A stretch of 62,086 bases of DNA, filler included. It is 8 parts of 8 records of this genome, joined end to end, with 100 filler letters (N's around TTAATTAATTAA, not from the genome) between each part and the next. Parts side by side here need not be neighbours in the genome. Positions count along the whole stretch, not along the records: positions 56,266 to 62,086 come from SRR31156797_53420; 7 more parts are not named here. One strand, 5' to 3'. Under the pieces are notes generated by a model. That model did no database searches, was not told the DNA's origin, and saw only the letters and a program-made list of their open reading frames with translations. Shown one piece after another: positions 58,356 to 62,086 of this stretch (its first letter is position 1; every line of letters starts with the position of its first letter). The translations under genes were made by a program, and so were the position numbers.

Positions 58356-60479
58356 ATGAATGTAAGAGAGCTGTTTTTTAAAAAAGAATATGTTCTTATT
58401 GCGTTCATATTTTCTATGCTTGCAATTATTGTTGTCCCTTTACCAAAAGGGATGTTGGATTTCTTTTTAATCCTTTCTTTAACATCAGCAATTTTAATTC
58501 TTTTAATTGCTTTATTTATCCAAAAACCAACAGATCTTTCAACTTTTCCAACTTTACTTTTGATCTTGGTACTCTTTAGACTTTCACTTAATATAGCTAC
58601 AACTCGATCTATTTTAAGTGAAGGTCATAATGGGCCAGATGCAGTAAGTTCTATTATTACTGCTTTTGGGGAGTTTGTTGTTGGTGGGAATATGGTAATT
58701 GGTGTGATCATCTTTATTATCCTAGTACTTATTAATTTTATGGTTGTAACTAAAGGGGCTGGAAGGGTTGCTGAGGTTCAAGCAAGGTTCTCCCTTGATT
58801 CATTACCAGGTAAGCAGATGGCAATTGATGCTGATTTGAATGCTGGATTTATTGATGATCAACAGGCGAAAAAAAGAAGAGAAGAACTTGCTAGTGAAGT
58901 GAGTTTTTACGGTACTATGGATGGTTCTGCAAAGTTTGTTAAAGGTGATGCTGTTGCTGGTATTATTATTACACTTGTAAACCTTATAGGTGGATTGATG
59001 ATAGGGATCTTTCAGCATGATTTAACCGCAGCTGAGAGTTCGGAGATATATACTATCTTAACTATTGGAGATGGACTAGTTGCTCAAATACCTGCTCTTA
59101 TTATTTCTACTGCAACAGCTATTATTATTACCCGTTCAAATACTGATGAAGAAAAGTTTGCTAGTGGTACTATTAGTCAATTAGTTAATGATAGTAAAAC
59201 ATTAATTATCACAGGAATAGCATTATTCCTTTTTGCTTTTGTTCCAGGATTTCCTACTGGAATTTTACTTTTTATGGGATTATTATTATCAGCAACTGGA
59301 TATATTGTTTATATGATTGATCAGGATCAAGACAATGCATTTACACGCTTTGTTAAAGGTGAAAAAGTTGTAGATAAGATAGCAGTTGAAAAACAAAAAA
59401 GAGATGAAGAAAGAGCAAAAAAACAACAAAATACAGCTTTAACAGAAGAGCAAACAATTGATAAAACGATGAAGCTTGAAGTACTTGAACTTAAACTTGG
59501 AGCTCAGCTTTTAAGACTTGTTCAAGATAATAATGAGCTTCTTGATAAAATTAAAGGGATTCGAAATAAGATTGCAGGGGAGCTTGGATTTGTTATCCCT
59601 CAAATTAGAATTAGTGATGATACAACTTTACAGATGAATGAATATAGTTTTAACCTTAAAAGAATTCCAATAGCTAAAGGAAATGTGGAACTTAGTAAAG
59701 TATTAGCTATGGGTGGAATTGCAGGAGCAAAGCTTAAAGGGAAAAAAGTAAAAGAACCTGTTTTTGGTCTTGAAGCTACATGGATTGATCCTGAGCAAAA
59801 AGATGAAGCACTCAATCGTGGATTTACAGTAGTTGATGCACCAACAATTATTTCTACTCATCTTTCTGAACTGATTAAAAAACACGCTGAAGATATTATT
59901 ACAAGACAAGACTTGGTGGATATTATTGATAGATTAAAAGAGGATTTCCCAATTATTATTGAAGAAGCTATGAAAGTAACGACTTATGGATCACTCCTTA
60001 AAGTGTGTAAAGATCTTTTACATGAAGGGATACCACTTGTTGATATGATCACAATATTAGAATCTGTATCAGATATTGCTGAACTTACAAAATCTCCTGA
60101 TATCCTTTTAGAACATGTCAGATCAAAGCTTTTTAGACTGATTACTAATAAATATACAGCAGCTGATGGAGCAATACATATTATCACCATACGATCAGAT
60201 CTTGAGCAAGACTTTATAGGAAAATTGCAAGAACAGCATGGTGTAAGTCAGTTAATGCTTAGTATTGGAGAGATCAATAATCTTGTAACTAAAACAAGAG
60301 ACCTTTTAAATCAAATTGAAGCCAAAGGGATTGCTCCAGTTGCTATGATCGTTGATCCAAGCCTTAGAAGAAGAGTATCAGAGATTTTTGAAAAATTTGG
60401 TTTACAGATTGCTGTTTTAAGTCATGCTGAACTTGATGCAAAAGCTGAATTTACTATAGAGGGTACATTAGAGTTTTAA
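58356..60479 (+). CDS. flhA: Flagellar export gate protein
   Basis: FRLSLNIATTR, VVTKGAGRVAEV.ARFSLD.LPGKQMAIDADL, FVKGDA, GDGLV.QIP. Confidence 0.97.
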   Translation: MNVRELFFKKEYVLIAFIFSMLAIIVVPLPKGMLDFFLILSLTSAILILLIALFIQKPTDLSTFPTLLLILVLFRLSLNIATTRSILSEGHNGPDAVSSIITAFGEFVVGGNMVIGVIIFIILVLINFMVVTKGAGRVAEVQARFSLDSLPGKQMAIDADLNAGFIDDQQAKKRREELASEVSFYGTMDGSAKFVKGDAVAGIIITLVNLIGGLMIGIFQHDLTAAESSEIYTILTIGDGLVAQIPALIISTATAIIITRSNTDEEKFASGTISQLVNDSKTLIITGIALFLFAFVPGFPTGILLFMGLLLSATGYIVYMIDQDQDNAFTRFVKGEKVVDKIAVEKQKRDEERAKKQQNTALTEEQTIDKTMKLEVLELKLGAQLLRLVQDNNELLDKIKGIRNKIAGELGFVIPQIRISDDTTLQMNEYSFNLKRIPIAKGNVELSKVLAMGGIAGAKLKGKKVKEPVFGLEATWIDPEQKDEALNRGFTVVDAPTIISTHLSELIKKHAEDIITRQDLVDIIDRLKEDFPIIIEEAMKVTTYGSLLKVCKDLLHEGIPLVDMITILESVSDIAELTKSPDILLEHVRSKLFRLITNKYTAADGAIHIITIRSDLEQDFIGKLQEQHGVSQLMLSIGEINNLVTKTRDLLNQIEAKGIAPVAMIVDPSLRRRVSEIFEKFGLQIAVLSHAELDAKAEFTIEGTLEF

Positions 60480-60525
60480 GTCCCCTTTGGATAAAATATC
60501 GAAATTTTAATCAAAAGGACTAAAT

Positions 60526-60792
60526 ATGAATGGTGACTTAATTGGATCTTTACTTCCACTTATTGTACTTTTTGCAATATTTTATTTTTTAATCATAAGA
60601 CCACAACAAAAACAACAAAAAGAGCACAAAGCGATGCTTGAAGCACTTGATAAAGGTGATAAGATCGTAACAAACGGTGGATTAATTGTTGAGATTACAA
60701 AAGTTGAGGGAAACTTTTTAACAGTAAAAAGTGTCGATGATTCAACACTTAGAGTTGCAAAAAACTATGTTGCAAGCAAATGGGAAGAGTAA
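60526..60792 (+). CDS. yajC: Preprotein translocase subunit
   Basis: FYFLIIRPQQK, L.KGDKIVT.GG. Confidence 0.95.
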   Translation: MNGDLIGSLLPLIVLFAIFYFLIIRPQQKQQKEHKAMLEALDKGDKIVTNGGLIVEITKVEGNFLTVKSVDDSTLRVAKNYVASKWEE

Positions 60793-60808
60793 TAGCTAAA
60801 GGAATACT

Positions 60809-62086
60809 TTGCATATTTTTAACTATAGACTAGTAATATTTTTACTAGTAACAGTTTTTGGGATAATCTTTTCTGTGCCATCTTTTTTACAAACTGAAGA
60901 TGGGAAAAAAATCTCTTTAGGACTTGACCTTCAAGGTGGACTTCATATGCTTTTAGGAGTAGAAACTCCAAAAGCAGTTGAAGGAAAAATCAAATCAATC
61001 GCAGCTACAATCAAATACTATACAGATAAAGAATCAATACTTATTGAAGATCTTCTTGTAAAAAAAGATCATGTGAGTTTTGTTCTTCTTGACCCTGATG
61101 AGCAACAAAAACTTGATACGATGATATCTGAAATCAAAGGGTTAAATATAAAAAAAGAGCACGAGCTTTCTTATTATATTGAATTAACTCAAGAAGAGAT
61201 AGAAGTTGTCAAAGATATGGCAGTAACACAAGCAGTTGAGACTATAAGAAATAGACTTGATCAGTTTGGTTTAGCTGAGCCTTCCGTTACAAGACAAGGT
61301 GAGACGGATATTGTTGTAGAACTTCCAGGAATTAAAACTCCAGAAGAGGAACAGCGCGCAAGATCATTGATTGCAAAGCCTGCAAACCTTGAACTTATGG
61401 CAGTAGATGAGACAAAATCTGATCAAGTATATGAGTTAACAAATGAGCAAGCTTTAGCTGGGGGTAATATTATCTTAGAAGAGTCAGGAAATCCTCAAGT
61501 TAAATATTTGGTAAAACAGATCCCTATTTTAACTGGATCAGAGGTAAGTGATGCAAGAGTAGCTTTTGATCAGCAAACGAATCAACCTGTGATCAATTTT
61601 ACTTTAAGTACTTTTGGTGCTAAAGTATTTGGTGACTTTACAGCAAAGAATATCGGTAAAAGATTAGCAGTTGTTTTAGATGGAAAAGTATTTTCTGCTC
61701 CATCAATACGGGAACGAATTGGTGGTGGAAGTGGACAGATTAGTGGAAACTTTAGTGTAGAAGAAGCTGGGAATGTTGCTATTGCCTTGCGTTCAGGAGC
61801 ACTCCCTGCACCAATTATTGTATTAGAAAAAAGAAGTGTGGGACCTAGTCTTGGAGCCGATAGTATCGAAGCTTCTATTATTGCCCTTGTTTCGGGGTTT
61901 GTTTTAGTTGTAATATTTATGATCGTTTATTATGGGATAGGTGGGATTGTTGCAAATATTGCACTTATTACTAATATCTTTATTATTATTGCTGTGATGG
62001 CTATGTTTGGAGCTACCTTAACACTTCCAGGTATGGCAGGTATAGTTCTAACTGTGGGTATGGCAGTTGATGCCAATGTAATTATT
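60809..62086 (+). CDS. secD: Protein translocase subunit SecD, 3'-truncated (absent from the ORF track)
   Basis: TTG start after AAAGGA; LGLDLQGG, IRNRLDQFGLAEP, VGPSLG, TLTLPGMAG, GMAVDANV. Confidence 0.95.
   Translation, partial: MHIFNYRLVIFLLVTVFGIIFSVPSFLQTEDGKKISLGLDLQGGLHMLLGVETPKAVEGKIKSIAATIKYYTDKESILIEDLLVKKDHVSFVLLDPDEQQKLDTMISEIKGLNIKKEHELSYYIELTQEEIEVVKDMAVTQAVETIRNRLDQFGLAEPSVTRQGETDIVVELPGIKTPEEEQRARSLIAKPANLELMAVDETKSDQVYELTNEQALAGGNIILEESGNPQVKYLVKQIPILTGSEVSDARVAFDQQTNQPVINFTLSTFGAKVFGDFTAKNIGKRLAVVLDGKVFSAPSIRERIGGGSGQISGNFSVEEAGNVAIALRSGALPAPIIVLEKRSVGPSLGADSIEASIIALVSGFVLVVIFMIVYYGIGGIVANIALITNIFIIIAVMAMFGATLTLPGMAGIVLTVGMAVDANVII

Overview
This window is not one locus. 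It is eight unrelated contigs joined by artificial 100-nt linkers (N44-TTAATTAATTAA-N44). C1 (1-6618): acyl-CoA ligase, AMIN protein and an AcoR-type sigma54 activator upstream of acoC/acoL-like genes. C2 (6719-12698): an sxtJ/K/I/L-like carbamoylation module divergent from a VpsT/CsgD-like regulator, a PilZ protein and Wza. C3 (12799-22099): acyl-CoA dehydrogenase, MsbA-like exporter, cupin, an Opp/Nik-type ABC importer behind a structured leader, and an ACP/FabZ lipid cluster tail. C4 (22200-30169): IclR, TAXI-TRAP, class III aminotransferase, BKACE and an ATP-grasp gene. C5 (30270-44778): two signalling modules, a tandem Spy/CpxP-like protein, a large lipoprotein and asnA. C6 (44879-50293): a mobile-DNA junction followed by a glucose-family PTS (EIIA-HPr-EI fusion, EIICB). 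C7 and C8 (50394-62086): AT-rich Campylobacterota-like housekeeping and flagellar genes (thiC, YeeE, fliI, flgL-like, flhA, yajC, secD). C1-C5 look Desulfobacterota-like, an impression from gene content and composition only. Three observations stand out. First, 44879-46120 appears to hold the end of an IS91-family element abutting an attC-like palindrome, one orphan cassette-like gene, and a second attC-like half-site interrupted by a group IIC intron 5' fragment. Second, there is a candidate new cis-regulatory RNA at 15681-15837. Third, C4 carries a putative beta-amino-acid uptake and catabolism operon. All family assignments come from motif recognition by eye; no database searches were run.
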